A stretch of DNA of 64,000 nt from Candidatus Nanoarchaeia archaeon. Its GTDB lineage: Archaea > Nanobdellota > Nanobdellia > CSSed11-243R1. A program made the position numbers and the translations under genes. Location of the stretch: positions 758,610-822,609 of the forward strand of contig JAQTNH010000001.1 in the NCBI GenBank assembly GCA_028713895.1, read 5' to 3'. Under the pieces are notes generated by a model. The model ran no database searches, was not told the origin of the DNA, and worked only from the letters and a program-made list of their open reading frames with translations. Below, piece by piece: positions 52,159 to 61,700 of this stretch (the stretch's first letter is position 1; each line of letters begins with the position of its first letter).

Positions 52159-52401
52159 ATGGCAAAAAAGGTGAATGTGACTCCAAAACAGATTGTGCAC
52201 ATTGTGCTCATATTTGTGCTGTTTGCAGGAAGCCTTTTCGCGTGGTACAACTCGTTCAAAGAAACCGGGCTGTTCTGCGGAGCTCAGACATGCGCAACTT
52301 GTGCAACAGCAACAATGTTGGGCGTGCCTATTTGCGTAATCGGGGCAATATTTTTCACAATCGCGCTTGTTTTGGCAGCTGCGCTGTGGTTTGTGGAATA
52401 A
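52159..52401 (+). CDS. small membrane protein with CxxC motif
   Basis: ORF 52084..52401 trimmed to ATG 52159 (MAKKVNVTPKQIVHIVLIFVLFAG...CGAQTCATCATA...). Confidence 0.45.
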   Translation: MAKKVNVTPKQIVHIVLIFVLFAGSLFAWYNSFKETGLFCGAQTCATCATATMLGVPICVIGAIFFTIALVLAAALWFVE

Positions 52402-52419
52402 AACACTAAGAACCATATT

Positions 52420-53121
52420 TTATTTCTTTAGGTAGAACTTGCGCTTGGTTTCAGGGAATCTTTCAATTGCATAGCGAAGCATTGTGCGTGGCATTGATTT
52501 GTAATAGCGCTTCAGGAACTGCTCTTCCAACTCCAAATTCCTTTTTCCTGCTTCGCGGAGCATCCAGCCGACTGCCTTGTGGATTAAGTTATGCTTGTCC
52601 TTGAGAAGGATTTCAGCTATTTTGAATGTATCATCAAATTGATTGTTGCGGATGAATGCGTACGTAGCAATCATTGCAATTCGTTTTTTCCAGAGATTAT
52701 CTGAATGCGCGAGCTGGTAAAGGATGTCCCTTGGTTTGTCAAGAAGATAACTTCCTATTATGGGGTATGCAGATATGTCAACCAATCCCCAACTATTTAT
52801 TTTTTCTGCATTTTTTATATAGAACCCAAATATTTCCGTTTTCTCTTTTTCATCCACTTTTTTGAATTTGTTTGTTAATATTATGAGCGCAATTTGTTTG
52901 AAATCAAATATCTTTGTTGACAATAGTTTTTGTATTTCTCTTAAATCCAATTCAGGATATCTTTTAGCTGTCTCTCTTACATCAGGTGTTTTTATTCCAA
53001 GAAAGATTGTGCCCTCACTATATTCGCCTTTGCCTGTCTTGAAGAAGCGCTGAAGTATTTTTGCCTGAACTGGATTAGCTTCTTTCTGCAGTTCTTTTTT
53101 GAGTTGGTTGAGTCCTGACAT
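52420..53121 (-). CDS. DNA alkylation repair protein (AlkD/AlkC-like HEAT-repeat family)
   Basis: 233-aa ORF; ...HSDNLWKKRIAMIATYAFIRN...HKAVGWMLREAGK... pattern of the family as I recall it. Confidence 0.6.
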   Translation of the reverse strand: MSGLNQLKKELQKEANPVQAKILQRFFKTGKGEYSEGTIFLGIKTPDVRETAKRYPELDLREIQKLLSTKIFDFKQIALIILTNKFKKVDEKEKTEIFGFYIKNAEKINSWGLVDISAYPIIGSYLLDKPRDILYQLAHSDNLWKKRIAMIATYAFIRNNQFDDTFKIAEILLKDKHNLIHKAVGWMLREAGKRNLELEEQFLKRYYKSMPRTMLRYAIERFPETKRKFYLKK

Positions 53122-53122
53122 T

Positions 53123-53893
53123 TTACACCAACGTGTAGACTATTACAGCTAGTCCGATTAACCAGCAATAGACTGCAAACCAGTGGAACCTCTGCTTTTT
53201 TATTATGTCAAGCAGCCATTTGATTGCGAAGAAACTGACAAGCGCAGAAAGAACTATCCCTGCTATTGCGAACTGCAATCCGACAGAGGATATTGCTGCT
53301 GCGCTGAAATCAAAGATTGTTGCGCCGACTATTGCAGGTATTGCAAGAAGGAATGAGAACCTTGCTGCTTTTTCCTTGTCAATTCCAAGAAGCAAGCCCG
53401 TGCCTATTGTTGAGCCGCTGCGGGAGATTCCTGGGATAATCGCGATGCCCTGAACAGCGCCGATAATAAGCGCATCCTTGAGTTTGAGCTCTTTATTTTT
53501 GCTGAAGCGCTCGCAGATGAACAAGAATGTACCTGTAACAAGAAGCGCGATTCCGACTGCCAAAAGGTTTGTGAAAAAGGATTCAAACAGGCTCTTGAAT
53601 GCGAAGCCGATTATTGCTGTTGGAATGCTTGCTGCGATTATGAACAGCGCAAGCTTTCCTTCCTCGCTTTTGAAATCAAATCTTAGAACTGCGGTGATAA
53701 TTTTTATTATGTCCTCGCGGAAAATGAAAACAACTGCTGCGATTGAACCAAGATGCAAGAGGATATCAAAGAAAACAGGCACATTAAGATTGAAAATTGT
53801 CTGGATGATTGCGAGGTGCCCGGAGCTTGAGACTGGTAGCCACTCAGTAATACCCTGAACAATGCTAAGTATAACTACTGTCAGCCAATCCAT
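53123..53893 (-). CDS. uppP: undecaprenyl-diphosphate phosphatase (UppP/BacA)
   Basis: ORF 53123..53929 trimmed to MDWLTVVILSIVQGITEWLPVSSSGHL...; PGISRSG motif; the upstream part of the ORF overlaps tRNA-Lys. Confidence 0.85.
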   Translation of the reverse strand: MDWLTVVILSIVQGITEWLPVSSSGHLAIIQTIFNLNVPVFFDILLHLGSIAAVVFIFREDIIKIITAVLRFDFKSEEGKLALFIIAASIPTAIIGFAFKSLFESFFTNLLAVGIALLVTGTFLFICERFSKNKELKLKDALIIGAVQGIAIIPGISRSGSTIGTGLLLGIDKEKAARFSFLLAIPAIVGATIFDFSAAAISSVGLQFAIAGIVLSALVSFFAIKWLLDIIKKQRFHWFAVYCWLIGLAVIVYTLV

Positions 53894-53897
53894 AAAG

Positions 53898-54022
53898 TGG
53901 CCCCGGAGGGATTTGAACCCTCGACCCACTGATTAAGAGTATCAACCGCGCCTTTCTTCCGCAAACGCTTCTTTGGAAAGAAGGGCTTTGTCAGTTGCTC
54001 TGCCAGGCTGAGCTACGAGGCC
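53898..54022 (-). tRNA. tRNA-Lys(CUU) with one 51-nt BHB intron at non-canonical position 30/31
   Basis: Exons 54022..53992 and 53940..53898 (74 nt); intron 53991..53941. Central helix CAAC/GUUG, bulges UG|A and AU|A, outer helix GAG/CUC. Mature GGCCTCG-TA-GCTC-AGCCTGGCA-GAGC-A-ACTGA-CTCTTAA-TCAGT-GGGTC-GAGGG-TTCAAAT-CCCTC-CGGGGCC-A. 74+51=125 nt matches the span. Confidence 0.85.
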
Positions 54023-54097
54023 ATAACAATTTTGTGATTTTTTTACCTTTTAAGCATTTTGATAATTTATTTAAGGCTGTTTTGATTATGTTTTATT

Positions 54098-54487
54098 ATG
54101 AAATACATGGAGTATGTAAAACAATTCTTTGCGGGAGCGGTGTTTCCTGCAGTGGCTTATGCCGCATTAATCGGGCTTTCAAACATATATGGCCCGCTTT
54201 ACAGCATTGTGAACTTATGGTGGGTTCCGCTTTTCGCAGGGTTATGGAATGTGGTTTACTTTTTCCGCGTAAAGAACGGATTATGCCTGTTTAGCGACTG
54301 GAACCTAAAACTGCTTGCAAACGGAGCTGCATTTGGACAGGTTGTTGCAATCGCTTCAATATGGGTGAATCAGTTCAGCGGAATTGATTTAGCAATACGG
54401 ATTTTAGTGTTTCCGCTGATCGGGGCGTTTGTGTGGAGATATGTCACTGCCTATTTCAATAAAGAATTGGGATTAAAAGAAAAATAA
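54098..54487 (+). CDS. hypothetical membrane protein
   Basis: 129-aa ORF with four hydrophobic segments. Confidence 0.4.
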   Translation: MKYMEYVKQFFAGAVFPAVAYAALIGLSNIYGPLYSIVNLWWVPLFAGLWNVVYFFRVKNGLCLFSDWNLKLLANGAAFGQVVAIASIWVNQFSGIDLAIRILVFPLIGAFVWRYVTAYFNKELGLKEK

Positions 54488-54494
54488 AGAAATA

Positions 54495-54668
54495 TTACTT
54501 CTTTGATTTGTTTTTCCAGTTATACTTCCTGAGCTTTCTCGTTTTGCCGAAGCCGCAGCTGGCGCAGGTTTTGTGCGTGGCATGGTAGCTTCTCCTGCCG
54601 CAACGCCTGCACACTATGTGCCCTTTTCCGCGTGAGAATTTTCCTTTTGCTGGTGTTCCAGTTCCCAT
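54495..54668 (-). CDS. rpl37e: 50S ribosomal protein L37e (eL37)
   Basis: Not in ORF track (57 aa). Own translation MGTGTPAKGKFSRGKGHIVCRRCGRRSYHATHKTCASCGFGKTRKLRKYNWKNKSKK*; C4 zinc ribbon; GGTGA SD; immediately downstream of the Sm gene as in many archaea. Confidence 0.85.
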   Translation of the reverse strand: MGTGTPAKGKFSRGKGHIVCRRCGRRSYHATHKTCASCGFGKTRKLRKYNWKNKSKK

Positions 54669-54682
54669 CTTAATTCACCGGT

Positions 54683-54913
54683 TTATTCTTCAGCTGGTGA
54701 GATAAGGATTATTGTGTCGCCGCGGAGAAATGCCTTTCCGATTCTTCTCTTTGTAGCGCCCTCTGCAATTTCCTCAACATCATCCAATGCTACGTTTATG
54801 TGTATGTCAAAGGCAAGAAGCCTTCCCATAAATTGTCGGCCGTTCTTAAGTTCGACCATTATTCTTCTGTCTTTGGAGCTGTTAAGCAGATCCAAAGGTC
54901 TTGATACATCCAT
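54683..54913 (-). CDS. Sm-like archaeal protein (SmAP/LSm)
   Basis: 76-aa ORF ...LDLLNSSKDRRIMVELKNGRQFMGRLLAFDIHINVALDDVEE...RGDTIILI (Sm1/Sm2 motifs). Confidence 0.85.
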   Translation of the reverse strand: MDVSRPLDLLNSSKDRRIMVELKNGRQFMGRLLAFDIHINVALDDVEEIAEGATKRRIGKAFLRGDTIILISPAEE

Positions 54914-55025
54914 TTTACATCCCTCAAATAAATTTAAACAATAAGATAAGAACGGAATCCGCCACTTTTAAAGGTTTTCTTTTTTGGCAGTAAGGTTTTT
55001 AAAGAGTATAATTTTGGATTATGTT

Positions 55026-55409
55026 ATGGTATTGTGGCACGCGCAACGAAGAAGAAAAGTTTCAGGCAGTTTGTACCAGATGAAACGAGACAAGAAAAAG
55101 TTCGAGCTGGGCAAAACACCAGCCATGACAAAGCTTGACGAAAAAGATGATGTCAGGCCAATACGCGCAAGAGGAAACAACCAGAAGATGCGCGCACTGA
55201 AACTGAGCTACGCAAATGTTCTTAACCCGACTACAAAGAAAATCGAGAAAGCAAAGCTAAAAAAAGTAATTGAGAACCCTGCTTCAAGGCACTTTGCAAG
55301 AATGGGTGTCATAACAAAAGGGGCATTGATTGACACTGACAAGGGAAAAGCAAGAGTAACAAACAGGCCAGGACAGGACGGCGTAATCCACGCGGTTCTT
55401 GTTGAATAA
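55026..55409 (+). CDS. rps8e: 30S ribosomal protein S8e (eS8)
   Basis: ORF 54984..55409 trimmed to MVLWHAQRRRKVSGS...; ...KMRALKLSYANV...NPASRHFARMGVITKGA... Confidence 0.85.
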   Translation: MVLWHAQRRRKVSGSLYQMKRDKKKFELGKTPAMTKLDEKDDVRPIRARGNNQKMRALKLSYANVLNPTTKKIEKAKLKKVIENPASRHFARMGVITKGALIDTDKGKARVTNRPGQDGVIHAVLVE

Positions 55410-55412
55410 TTC

Positions 55413-56387
55413 TTAACCAAACATTATGTCAGGTTCTTTAGATTTAGGTTCAACTGTCTTTTCAAGTCCGGAATCAATTTTATTCTCAGGTTCTGTTTTT
55501 GCTGTTAGTTTTTGTCCATACTTGTTTAAGTAGACATTTACATTTTTATTCAAAGAATCAAGTTTAATTTCTAATGCTGATATCTTATATTTGGATTCCT
55601 GTTCGTATAACGCGAGATACTCCTTAACATTTTCATTTTTAATCAAGCCTATGCATTTTGAATAAGCCTCAATACTCTCTTTTAAAAGCTCAAATACTTC
55701 TTTTTTGGTTTCATATGCATTTTGTCCGAGTTTTTTATCCAAATGATCATTTATTTGTTTTATAATATCTTTGTCTATAACATCCCTGAGTATATCTGAC
55801 TGTGGAGAAACATATTCAAAGGAGTCTATCGCATTTTTGCCAATCTGCATATAGATATTATTAACTGTATCTTCTATGTAGTTTATGTAGTCATCAGCTT
55901 CATCAGTTATAACACTTAATTCGTCGTCATAGATCTTCAATGTTGAATTATGTATCAGATGCACGCCGTAAAATCTTAGACTTCCTTCAATGGACAAAAT
56001 CAATCTTGAAGTCAAATCATTCTCAAAACCAATAGAGTCCAGTTTAGTTCGCAAACTTTTTAGTGTTGACCCCATCCTGTTAACAAAACCTTTGGCTCTT
56101 TCTTCGATAACACCCAACTTTTTCCCAAGAATATCTGCTTTGTGTTCTATCTTTGATTTTTCAACCCTATCTGCGATTGAACTAACTTTTTCTTCCTTTT
56201 CCAAGTCCAACTCAATACTGTTCTCCTGTGAGATAGCCTTTTCGTATACCGGAATCTCCTGTTTTGCCAGCTCTTCAAGAGATACAGTTATATCAGAATC
56301 AAAATTTTCTTGCGAACAGATTCGTTTAAGCCTTTCCAGTCGTGATTCTGTTTTTTCTTCATTTAACTCAGGTTTTTCTTCATTCAT
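55413..56387 (-). CDS. hypothetical coiled-coil protein
   Basis: 324-aa E/K-rich ORF. Confidence 0.45.
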   Translation of the reverse strand: MNEEKPELNEEKTESRLERLKRICSQENFDSDITVSLEELAKQEIPVYEKAISQENSIELDLEKEEKVSSIADRVEKSKIEHKADILGKKLGVIEERAKGFVNRMGSTLKSLRTKLDSIGFENDLTSRLILSIEGSLRFYGVHLIHNSTLKIYDDELSVITDEADDYINYIEDTVNNIYMQIGKNAIDSFEYVSPQSDILRDVIDKDIIKQINDHLDKKLGQNAYETKKEVFELLKESIEAYSKCIGLIKNENVKEYLALYEQESKYKISALEIKLDSLNKNVNVYLNKYGQKLTAKTEPENKIDSGLEKTVEPKSKEPDIMFG

Positions 56388-56462
56388 GTTGTTTCATAAA
56401 AGCGTTAAATTTATATAGGTTTTGAGTGTTATCACTTCAGGGTGTTTAAAGGAGGTATCACA

Positions 56463-57665
56463 ATGGAAGCTAACATACCTGGACATGATCATTTAGGTGG
56501 TTTGCCCTCGAGAACTGAGGTTTTGAAATTAAAAGCCAATGAGGCAGCAATTAAACGCGCTAGCGAATCGCAGGCAAAAGAAGTTAAAAAACAAAAACAA
56601 AAAATAACACAATATAAACAAGCAATGTCTTTTATAAATGAGAGATTGGATGCATACAAAAGCTCTGGTAACACCCAAAACGATTACTTAAGAGACCTCC
56701 TTTTAAACATAAAATCGAATATTAACGTCATAACGGACATAGAAGGGAAAGAATCTGCAAAAAAGTATACTTTAGACATTGTTCCATACCTTAAGAATGC
56801 TTTAGAAACACAGCGTAACGGAGCCCTTAGCGATATAGTTTCTTCAGTTGACATTTCTATCGAACGAATGAGAAATATTCTTTATTTAGTAAATGAATCC
56901 AAACTGGAAGAGTTAAAGCTGAACGTTGAAGAAAAAGCTAAACATGCAAAAAAGAATATAAACCTAATTAACCAAAAACTGGATTTTGTTGATGAGTTAG
57001 TAGATACATATATTTACCTCACTGATGGCAAATGCCCAAGCATTAAAGAAGAGAAATATGCAATACACAAAACACTTTTGGAAGGAAGCTTGTCACTGCT
57101 ATCAAGCACAGATGTCCTTGCTAGAGAAGCAGGCAATCTTATATATGACATTACAGTGATGAACCCGACCCCTAAAAACCCTAAAATCAAGGCTACTTAT
57201 CTTGAGCGATTTGGACAGAGACTTGAGGAATATACTGCCAGCAGAATTCCAAAGCCAAAACAAACCCTCGAGCTTGCCCAGACAAAAGCATACTTTGACG
57301 GGGAAGATGATGAAACTATAACAGACAAAGATGAAACCAAAAGAAATACTAAAAACCGTAAACCCATCGATACACTTGAAACCGCGCTTTTGGACGAGTC
57401 TGATAATGACATTGACTACAATGAGGATGAAATACCAGCAGATATGCCATACGCAGAAGATGAAGACGCCGCAATGGAAGTCGCATTGCAGCATTTAGCA
57501 CCACCTGAGATGATTAATCTTTTGAGAACCTGTCCAGGATTCAAAGAGTTCTATTACAAGGTTGGTTGCGATGACACTTACGGTGTTGTAGCACTTGTTA
57601 ATACAAAGCTAACAGGGTGGTATACTTCCATTGAAAAAACAACTGATGTAAAAGACTTGGTGTAA
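56463..57665 (+). CDS. hypothetical coiled-coil/acidic protein
   Basis: ORF 56442..57665 trimmed to MEANIPGHDHLGG...; divergent from 55413..56387. Confidence 0.45.
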   Translation: MEANIPGHDHLGGLPSRTEVLKLKANEAAIKRASESQAKEVKKQKQKITQYKQAMSFINERLDAYKSSGNTQNDYLRDLLLNIKSNINVITDIEGKESAKKYTLDIVPYLKNALETQRNGALSDIVSSVDISIERMRNILYLVNESKLEELKLNVEEKAKHAKKNINLINQKLDFVDELVDTYIYLTDGKCPSIKEEKYAIHKTLLEGSLSLLSSTDVLAREAGNLIYDITVMNPTPKNPKIKATYLERFGQRLEEYTASRIPKPKQTLELAQTKAYFDGEDDETITDKDETKRNTKNRKPIDTLETALLDESDNDIDYNEDEIPADMPYAEDEDAAMEVALQHLAPPEMINLLRTCPGFKEFYYKVGCDDTYGVVALVNTKLTGWYTSIEKTTDVKDLV

Positions 57666-57781
57666 TGCTTAGATAGCTTCTTTCTTTTTTCGTAATATTT
57701 ATAAATAGTTCGAGCGAAAGCTTTATAAAGTGAATTTCGCTTTCTTCTTTTAAATGTTGTGGTTGTTAGGGAGGGTTTTTG

Positions 57782-58705
57782 ATGATGCAGAAACAAGTTA
57801 AAAAATGCCCTGAATGTGGTTCTACTGATGTTTTTTGGGACAGAAACAGGGGAGAAGTATCATGCCGCGGATGCGGATTCGTTCTTGAGGACAAGAGAAT
57901 TGACTTCACACAGGAGTGGAGAGACTTTGACTCGGAATCCGGCGAAAGCAAGCGGCGCGTAGGCTCGCCATTGACATTCACAAAACATGACAAGGGGCTT
58001 TCAACAAAGATAGGAAAAGCCGGCGACCTGACAAAAATGAAGCCGAGCGAGAGGCGAATGTATTACAGGATGAGGAAATGGCAGACAAGGATTTCCACAC
58101 CAATCGAAAGAAACCTGAAATACTCCCTTGCTGAATTGAAAAGGATTTCATCATTCCTGGATGTTCCTAAGATTGCAGAGGAAGACGCAGCAATGATTTA
58201 CAGGATGGCTGCTGAAAAAGGGCTTGTGCGGGGAAGAAGCATGGAGTCTGTTGTTGCAGGAGCGCTTTATGCTTCATGCAGAAGGCACGGAGTCCCGCGA
58301 ACACTTGATGAGATATCAAATGCATTCCCGCTTGACAAGAAAGAGATAGGGAAAACATACAGGTTCATCTGCAGGGAGCTGAGAATCAGGATACTTCCGA
58401 CTTCACCGCAGGATTACATCCACAGGTTTGCAAGCGAGCTGAAGCTTTCGCCAAAGACGGTTTCCACATCCATTGATATCATGAAAAAAGCAAATGAGAT
58501 GGAAATAACATCCGGGAAAGGGCCGATGGGAATCGCAGCAGCCTCATTGTATGTTGCAGCACTTTTGTCAGGCGAAAAAAAGACGCAGCGCGAAGTGGCT
58601 GATGTGGCTGGAGTCACAGAGGTTACAATCAGAAACCGCTACAAGGAACTTCTTGACAAGCTGAAGCTTGAGGACAAAATAAAGAAAATCCGGGACAAGG
58701 AATAG
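57782..58705 (+). CDS. tfb: transcription initiation factor IIB (TFB)
   Basis: N-terminal zinc ribbon CPECGS...CRGCG, two cyclin-fold repeats. Confidence 0.9.
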   Translation: MMQKQVKKCPECGSTDVFWDRNRGEVSCRGCGFVLEDKRIDFTQEWRDFDSESGESKRRVGSPLTFTKHDKGLSTKIGKAGDLTKMKPSERRMYYRMRKWQTRISTPIERNLKYSLAELKRISSFLDVPKIAEEDAAMIYRMAAEKGLVRGRSMESVVAGALYASCRRHGVPRTLDEISNAFPLDKKEIGKTYRFICRELRIRILPTSPQDYIHRFASELKLSPKTVSTSIDIMKKANEMEITSGKGPMGIAAASLYVAALLSGEKKTQREVADVAGVTEVTIRNRYKELLDKLKLEDKIKKIRDKE

Positions 58706-58722
58706 TCCGTCTTTATTTATTT

Positions 58723-61700
58723 TTAGTCTTTTTCTATTATTGCCCTAAGCCTGGGTATGCCTGCATTCGGGTCAATCTTGTCAACAATCAGCTTGAAATC
58801 CTGCGTCTCCTTTATCCTGATAGGCATCTCCCATTTGTATGTTTTTGTTGTTTTGCCTTTCCTGTAAGCCTTTACTGTGCTCATGGGCTTTCTTGAAAGA
58901 TTAGACACTTTTATCCTGTTTGAGTCAAATGTGTACTCCAAAAGGACTTTTTTAAGATTTACAAGCCCGACATTCTGCACCCTAAACTCAACTGAACTGC
59001 TTTCCCCAACCAGCCCGATTATACTTTCTTTTATCCTGATTGGGCACAATGACTTGTACAGCAGGAATAAGAGAGGCGTGATTGCGAGCATCAGCAGGAA
59101 CGTGAGCAGGTCAAAGCGCGCTCCAAGAACCTTTATGACAATCGGCTTTGCAAATACGCTGAGCTCAATTGAACCGCTGTCAAGCTGGGTTCCATTGTAT
59201 GATGCTGATGCTGCGAAGCTGTACTTGTCCTGCTTGAGGGTTGAGAGCGCTGACTTTGTAGTAAACTCTTTTTGTTCGCCAATGTATAACGTTGTATTGA
59301 AGGATTCAAGCAGATATTCTTTTGACTTGCCTGCAAGACTTACCGAGACTAATAATGAATCTGAGGTGAAATTAAAGTTTCCGTCATTCAGCACAACTGT
59401 CTTGAAGGTTGCGGTTTCATTTGTGTAATAGCTGCTTTTGTCAGAGCTTATGTTTGCTATCCCTGCTGATTTGCACCAGTCCATCAGTGAGGACAGCTTT
59501 GCAGATGCTATTGTGCTGTTCCATTTGTCCATCAGTGTTATTGAGTAATTGTAGACTCCATATCCATCGCTGCAGTCAACTGCGGGGTTAAGGTATTTAA
59601 TCCAGGACATCGAGGCTGTTCCATTCGCTATGAACAGATAATCGTCAGTGAGCTGCCTGTAAAGCGTTCCGTCAGGGCTGCTAAGGTTTACAAACAAATA
59701 CATCTCTTTTTCGCTTCCGCCTGTGTTGCTGTAATTGAATGCGACAAATGCGGGCTCGCCTGGCGTGAAAACTTCAGGCACGACAAATTGGACTGCTGGC
59801 GCTGGTGCGCCTCCAGCCCCTCCTGGTGCAGACGGACCTGACGGGCCTGGACTGGGTGTCGGCGTGACTCCCTCGCACATGTCCCCGACTCCGTCACTGT
59901 CGCTGTCAGACTGGTTGCTGTTCTTTACAGCAGGGCAGTTGTCGCACATGTCACCGACTCCGTCCCAGTCAGAATCGCTCTGGTTTGCATTTGAAATGCC
60001 TGGGCAGTTGTCGCAGGTGAAATTATACGGCGAATGGAATGCGGACAAATACCCCTCGGTTGCATTGTCGCTGTCAAAGTCTGCCCACTCGCAAGTCCAT
60101 CCTGTGCCTGATGAGCTAAGATTATCGCACATAAAGAAAACTTTCCTGTCCGAAACAACGCTGTATCCGCTTGCATCGGTTGCATTTATCGTGACATAGT
60201 ACATGCCGTCAAGAGCAGGAACATTTGTGGGTATGTCAATTTCAGACTGGCATGTTATCCTATTGCTTGAAACACTGCCTGTGAATCCTGTTGTGTAGAC
60301 TGTCCCGGTTGAATTTGAAATTATAAATGTGCATGTTGAACCCCAACTTCTTCCTGTTGCTGTAAGGAAAGAACTGTTTACATTTACTGCATCAAAGTCC
60401 TGCCTGCTGAACTTTGGAGCTATTTCGTTCATGTAATCCTGTTTTGGAAGTATGTTTATGCTGAACACAGGATTCACATAGAATGTGCTGTTGTAATTGT
60501 CTGCGCCGTCCTCTGCAGTTGCATTCACGCTGAATGATGCCACGTCTGCATAAATCGGGCCGACAGCAAGCACACAGTCAGACTCAAGGCTGCTTCCTCC
60601 TGTATACCTGAAATCGCATGAACACACTCCAGAAGAGTCATTGCCTGGTATTGCCCTGAACTGCATTGATTCGCCGTAAGTGAGATTCACTGCTGAACTG
60701 CTGGGCTCATACTCAATCTCAGTCACATTTGTTGTTATGTTCTCGTAGACTTTTGTGTTTATGTTTGCGTTTCCCTGCCCGTGCTGGGTTTGTGTCAGCA
60801 CAGGGAATGAAAAGTTCAGATATGTTGCTGGCAGGGTATCCAGTTGTGCAGGTATTGTGACTTTGAGATTCACGCTTGTAACTGTCGTGTTGTTCTCCAG
60901 AATCAGGACGCTGTTATTGAATGTCTTTTCGAAACTTCCTGCAGACGCGCCGCTGAGCGTTATTTCTGCTGCAGTAACATTGAACGGGATTGGCGAAGTC
61001 GGGTACTGCCCAATCACGAATATCAAATCGCTTCCTGTTATAGCCTGCAGATTTGTGAATGTGATTGTGAAATTGCCAGGGAACAGGTGCTCTGCTGAAG
61101 TATAGTTTATCTGAATGTCATTTGCTGAGCCGAGCGTGGCTGTTGTGTATGCTGGAAGAGACAGGCATGATGCCTCGGTCCAGTCCTTTGCATGACAGGA
61201 GCCGACACTGTAACAGCCTGAATCAATGCAATCCATTGAGCTGTCTGCGTCATTATCATAATTGTCATTGCAGCTTGTTTCTCCAGACGGCTGGCAGGTG
61301 CCAGAGTATCCTGAAACAACAGGCCCTGTGTTTCCATTGCAGTCTGAATCCGCGCAGTCGATTCCTCCCTGCGCGTCATTGTCAAAGCTGTCATTGCAAG
61401 TGGATTCAGTTGTAAGCTCGCATTTCTGGCTGCTTGTTGTCGAGCCAATCATTCCGTTGCAATCGCTGTCGCTGCAGTCAGTTCCGCCTGTGCCTCCGAT
61501 AAGGTATGCGCCGCTGCTGTCATAGTCATCATTTGCACTGTTTGCGCAGCTGTTCCATGTGTTGTTTTCCCAGGTCGGGCAGGGCCCGCACCACTCGAAC
61601 GCTGCAAAGCAGTCTGTGTTTGAAATGTACGCGTTTGAATAAGAATTGTTCCTGTCCATGCAGTCCTGTCCGCCGTTTGTGCTGGCAGAATCAACATCAT

